From Chrysochromulina tobinii (Eukaryota): 41,697 nucleotides of DNA. Position 1 is the first letter of the stretch. The number at the start of each line of letters is the position of its first letter. A program made the translations under genes and the position numbers. The notes below the pieces were generated by a model. It saw nothing but the letters and a program-made list of their open reading frames with translations, was not told the origin of the DNA and ran no database searches. Positions 31,569 through 41,697 of the stretch are shown here, piece by piece. The stretch is taken from positions 1 to 41,697 of the forward strand of contig JWZX01002978.1 of NCBI GenBank assembly GCA_001275005.1. The letters run 5' to 3'.

Positions 31569-32120
31569 GGGGGTTCCTATCGGATACGTATCCTGATGTA
31601 TTTTGATGTATCCTGCATGTATCCTCGTGCATGTATCCTGAAGGAAGAAGGATACATGTATACCTTATGTATCCTGATGTATCTTAGATGTAATACTCAA
31701 ATGTATCTTAAATGCCCTGTTACATTCCAAGAGAATACATGTCTTGATATTTTGCATGTATTTTACAGTATCCCGAACGAGTCCAAGATACATTTTGGGA
31801 TACATATGAGATACATATCAAGATACAAGATGTATCGTGCACGTGGGACGTACATGCGGGATACATGCGGGATACATATGAGATACATGTATCTGCAGAG
31901 GTTCGAGGATACATGGAGGATACATGCGGGATACATGAGGGATACATAATGAGATACATGTATCTCAATTGTATACAGAGAGGTACGTATCTGCAAAATA
32001 TGTATCTTGTTGTATCTTGATGCATCTTGTATTATATGAACGGGACACATCAAGATACGATCAGGATACATGCAGGATACATCGAAATACATCAGGATAC
32101 GTATCCGATAGGAAACCCCC
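31569..32120. mobile_element. Non-autonomous foldback/MITE-like element with ~55-bp terminal inverted repeats and internal GATACAT/ATGTATC subrepeats
   Basis: Left end GGGGGTTCCTATCGGATACGTATCCTGATGTATTTTGATGTATCCTGCATGTATCCT. Right end reverse complement GGGGGTTTCCTATCGGATACGTATCCTGATGTATTTCGATGTATCCTGCATGTATCCT. AT-rich against GC-rich flanks. No transposase and no clear TSD. Confidence 0.75.
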
Positions 32121-32405
32121 GTCACCCCGCCCCCCTGGCCCTGCATACATACGAACCCGACCCTGCCGCCTCCCGCTCCCAGAGCGCCTCCCCGCGCCTT
32201 ACCCGGTACCGCACTTTGCGAATCTCTGAAACGACACACGCGCGCGCCGAACACGGCCTCTTCCACGTACAGTGTCGCGGCGCCTGTGAAGTGAACATGT
32301 AAAAGTCAGCTCATGCCCACCCGGACCAAAAAAACACGCAAAGTTCGAACCTTCGAGATGTCAAGGGGCTGGGAGCCCCTTGAGCGGCAAGCGCTAGATT
32401 AGGTC

Positions 32406-34029
32406 ATGGCGACGATTGCGCCGCCCAAGTCCAAGGGCGCGGCCACGGGCGTCTCCGGCGAGTTCACGAAGCTCAGCCTCGTGGGCAAGGGCAGTTTTGG
32501 CTCGGTCTGGCTCGTGCGGCACACGCAAAAAGGAGGTGAGACGCGCATCATGAAGGAGGTGCAGATCATGGGACTATCGCAAGCGGAGCTGCGTGCGACG
32601 AAGCAGGAAACGGCGGTGCTCAAGCACGTCAATCACCCCAACATCATCGGATACATCGGCACCTTTGAGAACGATGGAAACGTGTGCATTGTCATGGAGT
32701 ATGCGGCAGGCGGCGACCTTGGCCGGCTCATCAAAAAGCGCATCAAGGAGAATGCGCGCTTCACCGAGACGGACATCAAGCGGTACGCGATGCAGCTAGG
32801 GAGCGCGCTCGAGTACCTGCATAACGACATCAAGCTGCTGCACCGCGACGTGAAGCCCAAGAATGTCTTCCTCTCGGCCGAAGGCGACGTGCGGCTGGGC
32901 GACTTTGGACTGTCCAAGGTGCTCTCGAAGACGGACGACGTGGCCGAGGCACAGGTGGGCACGCCGCTGTACATGAGCCCGGAGCTCGCCAATGGCAAGC
33001 CGTACGACCGCGGAGCGGACGTGTGGGCATTTGGGTGCACCCTTTTCGAGGCAATGAGCTTTAAGCCTCCGTGGAGCGAAATGTGCACGCCTGATGGCGG
33101 GCTCGAGGGCGGCATGAAGGCGCTCGCGAACGCGCTGCGCAACCGATCGCTCGACATCATGCAGCTGCGGTCGCACTACTCTGCGGACTGGTGCGACAAG
33201 CTGACCAAGCTGCTCGCCAAGCGGCGCGAGGATCGCATGCCACTCTCGGCTCTCATCGCGCAGGTGAGATTGCCTCTGAGTGCCTCCGAGTGCCTCTGAT
33301 TACCGCGAGGATCGCATGCCACTTTCGACTCTCATCGCACAGCTCACGGAGGCTCCCAAGCACCCTGCGTCGTGGGGCCTCTCGGCGGCGGCGCAGGCGG
33401 CGCTCGAGGAGGCGAACATGCCCGCGCCACCGCTGGCCGCGCCTGCTCCGCGCAAGAGTAACGCCGGCAAGAATAGCCTTGATGAGTTCTCGAGGGAAGT
33501 CGAGGAGGGCATGGGGCCGTTGGGGATTGAGGAGCACGCCGCCGCGGGCGTGCTGCAGCGTTCGTGGGCAGCGAGGAAGCAGAAGGAGCAAGCTAAGACG
33601 ATGCAGACGGCTCCGAAGAAGATCGTCAACATGGTCGCGCCGGACGATCAGACCCCTTTGACGTGCTCGGCCCCGTCAGCGGACGAAGCTTCTTCAAAGG
33701 CGCCCAACTTCAAATCCAAGCACAACCTCGGTGATCGGCTCAAGATACCGGTGGCGCCCGCGATCGATCCGAACAAGAAGTCGGCGCTCAAGCCGAGTCG
33801 AGTGGGGATGCTGAAGCCGGCGCTCAAGGCCGATGTAGTGAGCTTCGCCGGCCCGTCAGGCGGCACTGCTATGCCCTCAGCCAGCGAGGTGCGCCAGGCC
33901 GCACGACCGCCTTCGTCGATCCGTGCTCCCAAGGCGACGCCTCGGTCATCCGCCACTGCGCCCAAGTCGTCTGTAGCCGGCAAGAAGCCTGGCCTCAAAC
34001 CGACGCGCGTGAGGGACGGCCTGGGCTGA
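32406..34029 (+). CDS. NEK: NIMA-related (NEK) Ser/Thr kinase with an IQ-like motif in the tail (exons 32406-33263, 33343-34029)
   Basis: Kinase motifs GKGSFG, MKEV, HPNII.Y, IVMEYAAGGDL, LHRDVKPKNVFL, LGDFGLSK, VGTPLYMSPEL..GKPY...DVWAFGC. IQ-like AAGVLQRSWAARK. Intron 33264-33342 restores frame. Confidence 0.92.
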
Positions 34030-34660
34030 GAGCGCCGAGACCACAACCGAACTAGGACCATGATTATGATTCGATACAGCCGAGCTGTACTCTGTACTCT
34101 AACAGCTAACAGGAATAACAGGGCCGAACACACACAGACTTCTTGCATCATGTCTTGCATGCATGGTTCGTCACTAGGGCTACGGTATTCGGAATATAGT
34201 GAACCTCCGAACGCGATAGTCGGACGAGACGTACTACGAACGAAGATACGTGTATGTGTAGTACACCCATCATGAGTACACCCCTATACACCCCGGAAGC
34301 ACACATCACACCCGTGGCGTAACACCTCCGCCGCCCCGCCGCCGCCGCCGCGCCAAAATGTTCCGGAAGCGAAGGTCATCCCAACGGGCCCACATGTTGG
34401 CGCGGCGCGTCATGACCCCTACCTTCCTTTCAAACCCAGAGCATGATGCCTCTCTCATCCACGCGGTCTCAACAGCACGACATATGTCACTTGCGTCTCA
34501 TCAGAAGCTTCTTCGCAGACTTCGAGGTGGGAGAGCCGCCGCCGCCGGCGCGCGCCGCGCGAACGCTGCATGAAGGTGGGCCCGCTGCATGCATGACGCA
34601 CGACAAGCAGTACTAAGTAAATTGACTGCGCGGGTGCAAACCGCGCGCCCACCCCAACCG

Positions 34661-37600
34661 TCATACGCGCATCATATATGCCCGCTCCAGCGCCTCGGGG
34701 TTGCTCGGCTTCCGGTTGAAGGAGAGCTTCGATTTCAGGTAGTCCCCCGTCTTTGCGGCCGTGCGGCCAAAGGAGAGCGTTGCTTGCCCGAGGCCCCGGC
34801 GCACGCGCCCAAACGACTGTCCACGGCTCATTGAGCTCACAGAAGGTTCCGTGGCCGCCGCTGGGGCGGCGGCATACGGCCCGACGGGTGAGAGGAAATC
34901 AGTCTTTCTTGGCGGCCGTTCACCACGCGGAGAGCCGCCGGGAGTCTGGGCCCAATCCTCTTCATTCGTCAACTCGTTCATCAGCTCCTCGCGCTCGAGC
35001 CACTTGAAGATATCTGAGCGCAGCTCGTGAGGCGTCTTGTTGGGCGTTTCGGGGAAGCCCAGATCCCCGGCCGCTTCGGTGCCTCTCGTCGTGGCCGCGA
35101 CGGCCGCTGCTGAGCCCGCTCCACCGCCGCGGCGGCTCTCGCAGGCCGTATCGTTCTCAGAGTTGCTGAACATTTCCCCCCTACGGCCATCCGCCGCGCC
35201 GGTGCCGCGCGCAAGCAGCTCCTCTCGCTTGGCTTCAAATTGCTCTGGCGTGATCAAGCCGTCGTCGAGCAGCCCCTGGAGCTGCCTGAGCAACACAACT
35301 AGTGACCCCGGCGGCAATGCGAGAGCTCGCGCGCCTGCCGCGAGGTTCTCGCCCTTGGCGGTTGCATGATGCGCAGGCCGGAGTGCTGACCGAAGTGCTG
35401 TTCGCACAAAGTCCGCCTGAGGTGGCTTCTTCGCCGGGGGTAGCTGCGGCAGAGGCGTCGGCGGCTTGACGAACCCGGCGTGCAGACGGTCCCCCGGCGT
35501 CGAGCACTCGTCGCCGTTCACTTCGATCGTGTAGTACAGGTCAGGCGTGTTGTCCGTGTGCACGGCGCGCACCGTCGCGGGAACGAGCACATTCCCGTCG
35601 GCCCTTCCGTAGAGTACCTCGTCGCCAACGTCCCACGACGCGGGAGCGACTTGAGCACCGCTCAACTTCAGGCGGCGAGGCGGCGCCTCCACTCGCATGA
35701 GCCGATCCCACTCGACGTACCATTGACGCCAACTCCGCCACCCACGCCGCAGGTGCGCCCGCCGCAAGTGATCTTCGCCGACATCCAAGTGCGTGTAGAG
35801 CTCCGCGCGCGCCTCGTGCCTTGCGGTGCAATGTGCCAGCCAGCTCTGCCATGAGTGCGCGAGCCGAAGGCCCTGCTGACGACGATGCCGTACGTCTGCG
35901 ACCTTGTGGGCTGTAGCCCGGGCTGCTGCGACCACTTGACGCTTACGGCGTTCGTAGACTGTCTCCCCCAGCTTGCCTCCAGCCGCCAGCCACACGGCCT
36001 TCCACCGCCGCCAGCCCCCCTGCACCCGGTTGGAAGCCATGCGCCGCCGGAGGAGCTGGCTGCGGAGCTGCATTCCCATGGGGGACAACGGCTCGCGCCT
36101 TCGCTGGCTCTTTTCGCGCTGCTTCTTCTCGTGCGCCCGCCACACCAGCCATGAGCGCCACGTGTGGACTCCTTGGCGCAGGCCACGCGGCCGCCACCAG
36201 TTACAGGCAATTTGCTTGTTTGAGAACTCAATGTTCTTCCATACCCAGTCGGGCGGCCGCGCCCAATAGCTGAAGGCCTCGGCGAGCCGCAGCGACGTGA
36301 AGCGGTGCGAGCAAGCCAGCAGCCGCCTGTGGTGCACGAGGTGGCGCCACAGGTTGGCCCACGATTCAAAGGCGCGCGCTATTTCCTGGTTGCGTATCCT
36401 GCGAGCAGCACGGTCGATCACGAGCTCGAGCGCCGTGTGACGCATTGAGCTCGTCTGCATGCCGAGATCGAGGCCGAGGTCGAGGGACTCAACCGCGCTT
36501 GCCACGGTCTCCGCCACGGTCTCCACACTCTTGGAGATGCTCTCGGACATGCCGAGCCAGAGGTCCGCCAGTGCGCTCAAGGGATTGCCACCTACGTCGT
36601 CCAGCGTCGCCCCGCGCAGCGGCGCCACGTCCTCCACCTTCTTTACGGCCGTGGGACTGGCGGCCGGAGCGTCGGTGGTGGAGGTGGCACGAGTGGAGGT
36701 GTCAGGGGTCAGATCACCTGGATCCGCAGTGAAGGAGCTGGCTCGATGCAGCTTCTCCGCCCTCGCCCCCACCATCACCCCCAGCACCTTCATCACCGGT
36801 GTTGGTGGCTCAGACTCGGGCACGCGCGCGCTGGTGCAGAAGCTGCCTCTGTAGCCCCCTCCTTGTGCAGAAGGCGCCTGCGGCTTATTCGGCCATCTGG
36901 GTGTGGCACAAGCGGCCGCAACATCCGTTAAGGGCAATGGAAGGCTGGCAGCGGAAGTGGCAGGAGTGAAGAAGGCGGGAGCTTGCAAGGCATCAGCGGT
37001 GGACTGGCTGCTCGGATCATTCGGCTCAGGTTGTGTTGGTTGACTCAGAGGTTGAAGGGCCTCGAGACCCATGGCACTGCCGCGAATATCCATGGTTTGT
37101 AGGCTATGGCGTTCCTCGGGGCCGGACTCGGTCACCTCGGAGTTGGCTGCATCGAGGCGCATCGCGAGAGCCTGGTTGATGTATCCCACATTCAGCAGCT
37201 CCTCCAAGGACCAGCCGGCCGCCTTGGCATCGACCAGAGTGTAGCCTACCGCCTTTGCGTCGGCGCACGAGTAGCCCGCCGCCCGTGCCTCAGCGCACGA
37301 TAGGCCCGCCTCCTTGATCTTGGTGAGCGTAGCGCGTCGCTCGATCTGGGAGAAGCTGCCTCCGTTGTCACGATTCCGTGGAGGAGCTGGCTCGGGCTGC
37401 TTCGGGCTACTGTAGTCGTCAAGCTCCGCCCTCGCTGCCACAGCCCTCGCAACCACCTCGGACATTGGCACTTGTACGCTTGTGCTGAAAGCGCCTCTGT
37501 AGCCCCCGCCTCGACGTGCAGAAGCCGCTCTGGCTTCCTTGGGCGGACTCGGTGTGGCCGCGGCGGCCGGAGCGGCGGTGGATGGGGGGACCGCGGCGAG

Positions 37601-38755
37601 CCGGCGGCTGCGATCCTCCGGCTCCGCCACTCTCGCCACCGGCTTCTCCAGCACAACCTTCTTCGCAGGCTCCTCAAACACCACCCCCATCATTACCGCC
37701 CGCACCCTCATCGCTGGTGTTGGTTGGCCGCGAGCCGCCGCGAGCTCCTCCTCGTCCTCGGGCTTTTGCGGCGTGGTTGGCGCTGTGGCGAACGAGAAGC
37801 CGCCTCTGTAGCCCCCGCCGCGACGGGGAGGAGAAGCCGGTCTGGCTTCGTTGGGTGGACTCGGTGTGGCCGCGGCGGCCGGAGCAGCGGTGGATGGCAC
37901 CAAACTCCGTGGAGGGTGGATGACATGGTAGCCTGTTGGAGACGTGTCCTGTGCCTCATCGAGGTCCCATCCCGTGGGTCCATGGCCGAGGAGAATGCTG
38001 AAGATGCGTTCTCCACCGTCCGCTTGTAGAGGAAGAGCCCGAGGAAGAGCTGCTGCCGCGGCTCGTGCGGGCTGGCTGCTGCGATGGTCCGACTCAGCCG
38101 CCACCGCCGCCCTCGGCACTATGCTTGCGGCGGGTGCGCCTGCAGCTTGGGTGACGGGGCTGGCACACGGAGTGGCCTCACTCGGCGTGGGTGGTGGTCC
38201 CGAGGGCGCCGGTGACTCCCTCGACGGGGTTAGTTCATGTGTTAGTTCATGTGTTAGTTCGGGCGAGGTCTCCGAACCACTCGCGAGCCGAAGACTCTGC
38301 GTAGTGGCGTATCTCCTCGCCGGGGCACGCCACTCCGTGTGCCAGTCTCGCCATCCACGCTGCAGGCGCACCCGCCGCAGGTGATTCTCACAGCAATTCC
38401 ATCTTGCGCACAGCTCGAAGCGCTTTTCGTGCCTTGCGGTGCAATGTGACATCCATCTTTGCAACATCATTGCAACCCGAAGGCCCTGCTGACGTCGATG
38501 CCGTACCCGATGCCGTATGTTGGCGACCTTGAAGGCCGCGGCAAACGCTTGCCGCCGGAGGCGCTCGGCTATCATCCCTTTCTTGCCCCCGGCCGCCACG
38601 AAGAGAGCGCGCCACGTACTCCAGCCATGCTTGATCCGATAGCGGCGCCACTCGCGCCCCTGAAAGCGCTTTACCGCCTCGGCTCGCTCAAGTTTTGCAG
38701 CGGCACGGACTGCCTCGGCTTGCGTCTCGTCCTCCGTAGCCAACCTATCTTGCAT
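34661..38755 (-). CDS. Large mosaic hypothetical protein: Trp-rich Sfi1-like helices, AGYS-type 10-aa repeats, Tudor/SH3-like barrel, SHOCT-like motif
   Basis: 1366-aa ORF. Trp-spaced helices (AFESWANLW, RGWRSWRQW). IKEAGLSCAEARAAGYSCADAKAVGY. WDVGDEVLY...VPATVRAVH...YYTIEV. LRQLQGLLDDGLITPEQFEAKREELL. The 5' end is uncertain. Confidence 0.7.
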   Translation of the reverse strand: MQDRLATEDETQAEAVRAAAKLERAEAVKRFQGREWRRYRIKHGWSTWRALFVAAGGKKGMIAERLRRQAFAAAFKVANIRHRVRHRRQQGLRVAMMLQRWMSHCTARHEKRFELCARWNCCENHLRRVRLQRGWRDWHTEWRAPARRYATTQSLRLASGSETSPELTHELTHELTPSRESPAPSGPPPTPSEATPCASPVTQAAGAPAASIVPRAAVAAESDHRSSQPARAAAAALPRALPLQADGGERIFSILLGHGPTGWDLDEAQDTSPTGYHVIHPPRSLVPSTAAPAAAATPSPPNEARPASPPRRGGGYRGGFSFATAPTTPQKPEDEEELAAARGQPTPAMRVRAVMMGVVFEEPAKKVVLEKPVARVAEPEDRSRRLAAVPPSTAAPAAAATPSPPKEARAASARRGGGYRGAFSTSVQVPMSEVVARAVAARAELDDYSSPKQPEPAPPRNRDNGGSFSQIERRATLTKIKEAGLSCAEARAAGYSCADAKAVGYTLVDAKAAGWSLEELLNVGYINQALAMRLDAANSEVTESGPEERHSLQTMDIRGSAMGLEALQPLSQPTQPEPNDPSSQSTADALQAPAFFTPATSAASLPLPLTDVAAACATPRWPNKPQAPSAQGGGYRGSFCTSARVPESEPPTPVMKVLGVMVGARAEKLHRASSFTADPGDLTPDTSTRATSTTDAPAASPTAVKKVEDVAPLRGATLDDVGGNPLSALADLWLGMSESISKSVETVAETVASAVESLDLGLDLGMQTSSMRHTALELVIDRAARRIRNQEIARAFESWANLWRHLVHHRRLLACSHRFTSLRLAEAFSYWARPPDWVWKNIEFSNKQIACNWWRPRGLRQGVHTWRSWLVWRAHEKKQREKSQRRREPLSPMGMQLRSQLLRRRMASNRVQGGWRRWKAVWLAAGGKLGETVYERRKRQVVAAARATAHKVADVRHRRQQGLRLAHSWQSWLAHCTARHEARAELYTHLDVGEDHLRRAHLRRGWRSWRQWYVEWDRLMRVEAPPRRLKLSGAQVAPASWDVGDEVLYGRADGNVLVPATVRAVHTDNTPDLYYTIEVNGDECSTPGDRLHAGFVKPPTPLPQLPPAKKPPQADFVRTALRSALRPAHHATAKGENLAAGARALALPPGSLVVLLRQLQGLLDDGLITPEQFEAKREELLARGTGAADGRRGEMFSNSENDTACESRRGGGAGSAAAVAATTRGTEAAGDLGFPETPNKTPHELRSDIFKWLEREELMNELTNEEDWAQTPGGSPRGERPPRKTDFLSPVGPYAAAPAAATEPSVSSMSRGQSFGRVRRGLGQATLSFGRTAAKTGDYLKSKLSFNRKPSNPEALERAYMMRV

Positions 38756-38999
38756 TTCCACAGGCTGTTCTCAAAGCATTCCGGTTCGGGACGAGTTCCT
38801 TTAAAGTGCGTGCATGCAGCCCAATCGCTAGCAACAAAGAATTTGGTGGGCCGCAGGCTCGCAGCCGTTGACGGCGGCGGAGTATCCAGTTTTCATAAAC
38901 TGTTTTTCCCCACGATCTCAGCGCGGCGATAGACTTTCGAAAAGACTCCAGGCCTAGGACTGACCGACACGCCCGGCGCGCTCGATGCCTTCAGGGCGA

Positions 39000-39240
39000 C
39001 TCGTGAAATCTACAATAGAACGTCCAAAAACTTCCTTCATGGAGGTGATCCTCATCTCGATCAAGCTCACCACCGTTATGGGCGGCGGTCGGTAGCTGCT
39101 TTCGATCGCCGCCTTCTTCGGCGCGGCCGGCTCATGGGCACAGATGGTGGCGCCTGGGTTTGCGACTATGCAGGCCATGCAGTTGACCGGGGGCGCGCTG
39201 CTCTCCCACCGGGCCCGCTTGCATGCCAACGCGGAGGAGG
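39000..39240 (+). pseudogene. Possible decayed fragment of a membrane protein, weakly reminiscent of the ABCD transporter TMD
   Basis: MEVILISIKLTTVMGGGR*LLSIAAFFGAAGSWAQMVAPGFA...HRARLHANAEE followed by a GT donor. There is an in-frame TAG. The end recalls the ABCD HSRxxxNSEE motif. Confidence 0.25.
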
Positions 39241-39807
39241 TGACTATGCTGCAGAGAAGGTGACCACCCTTTAGGGCGCACCAGCGGAGCGACAGTTAAT
39301 GGATCGGGCTGCCAGCGTGCACACACGCGCCTCGAGAACGTGCACGTGCGAGAGTGGCACCGCATGCCGTTAACGGTTGTCAGTGGCCAATCCGACGGGC
39401 ATGTCTGGTGCGCGGGCGACGCCAGATTTGCACGCGAGCGCACACGCCCTTGCGCAGAGCACACACGCACCCGAGAACCTCGGACCCTGGCCTCAACCCT
39501 TACACTGGGTTCTGTGTCCTGTGTCTCGCAGAGATTGGCACGCTGAACGTCGGCGCCAACCTCAACACGTTCTGCCACTGATTTTCTCCCGTGTGCTGAA
39601 CAACTCGTTCACGCCGCGCCCTTCGAGCGAGTCAGCGCTCTTGTGCAACTCGAGGGCCTACGCGCACGCCGCTGGGTTGGTGGCGCTCGAGCTCAGCACC
39701 AACGGACGTGTACACCAACGGACGTGAGTACACGTCGAGCTCGTCGAACTCGTGATGCTCGCGCTGGCGCTGTGCGCGCGCGGGTCCCGAGACGGGCGGC
39801 ACGGTGC

Positions 39808-41697
39808 TCACGATCGGTGGCGCTTTCGCGAACTGCCGCTGCCTGCCCCCGCCGCCTCCTTGGCCGCTGCGTCGTGCTTGTGCCGCGCGACTTGCAGGGC
39901 CGCTTCCTGAGCAGTCGCGAAGCTACCAAGGCGCATCACGATGCCACCCACCGTGACTGATGCTCGGTACTTGCTTTTGTCGCGACTCACGCAGGCGAAC
40001 CCCGTGTCGTTGTCTGCAGGTACGAGTTGGAGGCCCTCGTGCACCGCGGCCTCTATGGCTTGCTCGGCGGTCAGGTCGAGTTGCGGCCCACCCAGCGCCT
40101 TCTTGGCCGCGCGCGCCTCGCGTGCTGCCTTGCTTGCTGCCTCGCGTGCTGCCTCGCGTGCTGCCTCGCGTGCTGCCTCGCGTGCTGCCTCGCGTGCCGC
40201 CTTGCCCGCCTCGTACACCTCGCGTGCTGCCTCGCGTGCTGCCTGGCGTGCCGCCGCCTTCTCCTCCTTCTCCCGCGCCTCCTCCGCCTCGCGCGCCTCG
40301 CGTGCTGCCTGGCGTGCCGCCGCCTTGCCCGCCAAGTACACCTCGCGTGCTGCCTCGAGTGCTGCCTCGCGTGCTGCCTGGCGTGCCGCCGCCTTCTCCT
40401 CCTTCTCCCGCGCCTCCTCCTCCGCCTCCTCCGCCCGCGCCTCGCGTGCTGCCTGGCGTGCCGCCGCCTTCTCCGCCTTCTCCCGCGCCTTCTCGGCCGC
40501 CTTCTCCGCCTGCACCTTGCGTCCCGCCGCGAAGCGCGCGTTGGCCTCCTCCTCTGACATCTCCTCGTGCTGCTGCCCACTCTCAAATGCTCCCCACCGC
40601 AGCCACAGGGCGCAGATCTGGGGCTGCGAGCGCGGCTTGACAGACGGCACCTTGCCGAGCGCGGCGGCGCCGAGCGTGGCGATGTGCTCGAGGGCACGCA
40701 GGCCGCTGGCAATAGGTACGTAGGCCGACTCCTCTGCTGACAGAAGCAGCTTGATTGTGATTGCCCCCTTGTCGCCTGGACGGCAGCCTGCAATGTGCTT
40801 CTCGGTGAACTGCTTGTACTTCAGGAATGCCTCCGGGACCATCGAGTACATCCACCAGCCGTCGTGCTCATCATTGATGGCCGGCATCATGACGTCCGCA
40901 GGCCGACGAATGTTGCCACCGTACTTGACGAACGCACGCCCATAGTGCGCGTTCGCGCCCATGTGGTCGTGGTGCGGGGTCATAGACTGCGCGAAACGAG
41001 AGCGGGTATTCTCAGTCCAGTCCAGTCCAGTCAAGGTGTGTGTGCACATGTATCGGTGTGGGTCGGGAAGCGTTCAGTTCAGTTCAGTTCAGTTCAATTC
41101 AGTTTTCGCTTTCTCACGGCGGGGAAGCGCGGCGCACCGAGCCTGGCTTGTGGATGAAGACCCGGTTGAGGTCCATATCAAGGTTGGGTGGAAAGAGCGC
41201 GTTCATCATCTGGCTCTTGAAGTAGTTGGAAGGTTGCATCTTCGTGAGCAGGTAGTTTGGGGAACCATCATACTTCTTGGCCGTTTCATCCCTGTTACGG
41301 CGAGAGTTCCACGCGTTGCCAATGTGAGACTGATTTGGGTTGCTCTCTGCCCTTGCCCTTGCCTTGCGCGCACCTGCCCTTGCGCCACACGCCCTCCTGA
41401 ATCGAGTCGACCAGGTTCTCCATCTGCCGGCAGAGTGCCTCGCACTCTGCATCCTTGGACTCCTTGTCCATGCCCGCCGACTGGGGCATCTTTACTGACC
41501 AGTACACAACGTTGCCATCCCTGCCGTAGGCGATGCGGACTTGCGCTTTGCGGCCAGCTGGCAGCGCTGCCCAGTAGAACGAGGACGAGAACGGCACGCC
41601 AAGATCATCCTCGTCCACTGTGTCGCCGAGCTCGTCGTGCTCGTCTTCATCGCCTCGACCGAACAGGTGCGTCACTGCGCTGCTGCCGCTGCCGCCG
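39808..41697 (-). CDS. 5'-truncated protein: possible 2OG-Fe(II)/DSBH-like domain, long EAAR-type alpha helix, C-terminal AP2/ERF DNA-binding domain (exons >41697-41374, 41291-41138, 40986-39808)
   Basis: AP2: EGLQLVPADNDTGFACVS...KYRASV...RLGSFATAQEAALQVAR. GTGCGC...CAG introns 41373-41292 and 41137-40987 keep frame and create RVFIHKPGSSMTPHHDH. Confidence 0.75.
40110..40510 (-). repeat. Coding tandem repeats (12-nt GAGGCAGCACGC and higher-order units) encoding AARE/AARQ helix
   Basis: EAAREAAREAAR..., and KAAARQAAREA repeated several times. Confidence 0.9.
41012..41103. repeat. Intronic 5-nt microsatellites (CAGTC)n and (TTCAG)n
   Basis: Short runs inside intron 41137-40987. Confidence 0.8.

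Noticed and set aside
21606..32120. Helicase-polymerase gene considered as cargo of a Helitron or other large transposon
   Set aside because: The helicase is SF2 RecQ, not Pif1. No HUH/Rep, transposase or integrase is present. The only TIRs enclose just the 550-bp element.
31296..32302. ORFs rich in Tyr/Met/Ile/Cys across the AT-rich element
   Set aside because: They are translations of GATACAT subrepeats, with composition unlike the real genes here.
6069..38755. Apparent calcium/cytoskeleton cluster (calmodulin-like, EF-ARM, IQ-NEK, Sfi1-like)
   Set aside because: These families are abundant in flagellate genomes, the genes are interspersed with unrelated ones, and nothing indicates co-regulation.
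1..41697. tRNA, rRNA or snRNA genes
   Set aside because: None recognised by eye. A tRNAscan-SE/Infernal run would be needed to exclude them.

Overview
This is a GC-rich (~65%, estimated by eye) eukaryotic nuclear window with short spliceosomal introns. It is most consistent with a haptophyte alga such as Chrysochromulina/Prymnesiales; that is an inference from protein families and intron style. The ordinary genes are an R2R3 Myb, eIF2-beta, a Cys-rich membrane protein with a C-terminal J-domain, a calmodulin-like protein, a helical hypothetical, a 3406-aa intronless ARM/EF-hand protein, a KOBITO1-like glycosyltransferase, a NEK kinase, a 1366-aa Sfi1-like/Tudor-like/SHOCT protein and a 5'-truncated AP2-domain gene. 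A foldback/MITE-like element is also present. The main find is on the minus strand at 31109-21606. Hand splicing (7 GT-AG introns) gives one apparent ~2860-aa protein: methyl-CpG-binding domain, RecQ helicase/RQC, PHD, chromodomain, SAM, coiled coil, then a complete eukaryotic RNA-dependent RNA polymerase (DYDGD). This resembles the Neurospora QDE-3 + QDE-1 pair fused to chromatin readers. The join between the halves depends on one +1 frame break at a CAG repeat (~25275-25380), which needs RNA evidence. A second theme is that several introns consist of a copy of the flanking exon plus sense-oriented 10-11-nt tandem repeats, some stacked back-to-back with zero-length exons, which suggests an active intron-gain process. 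All domain calls come from motif recognition, not database searches.
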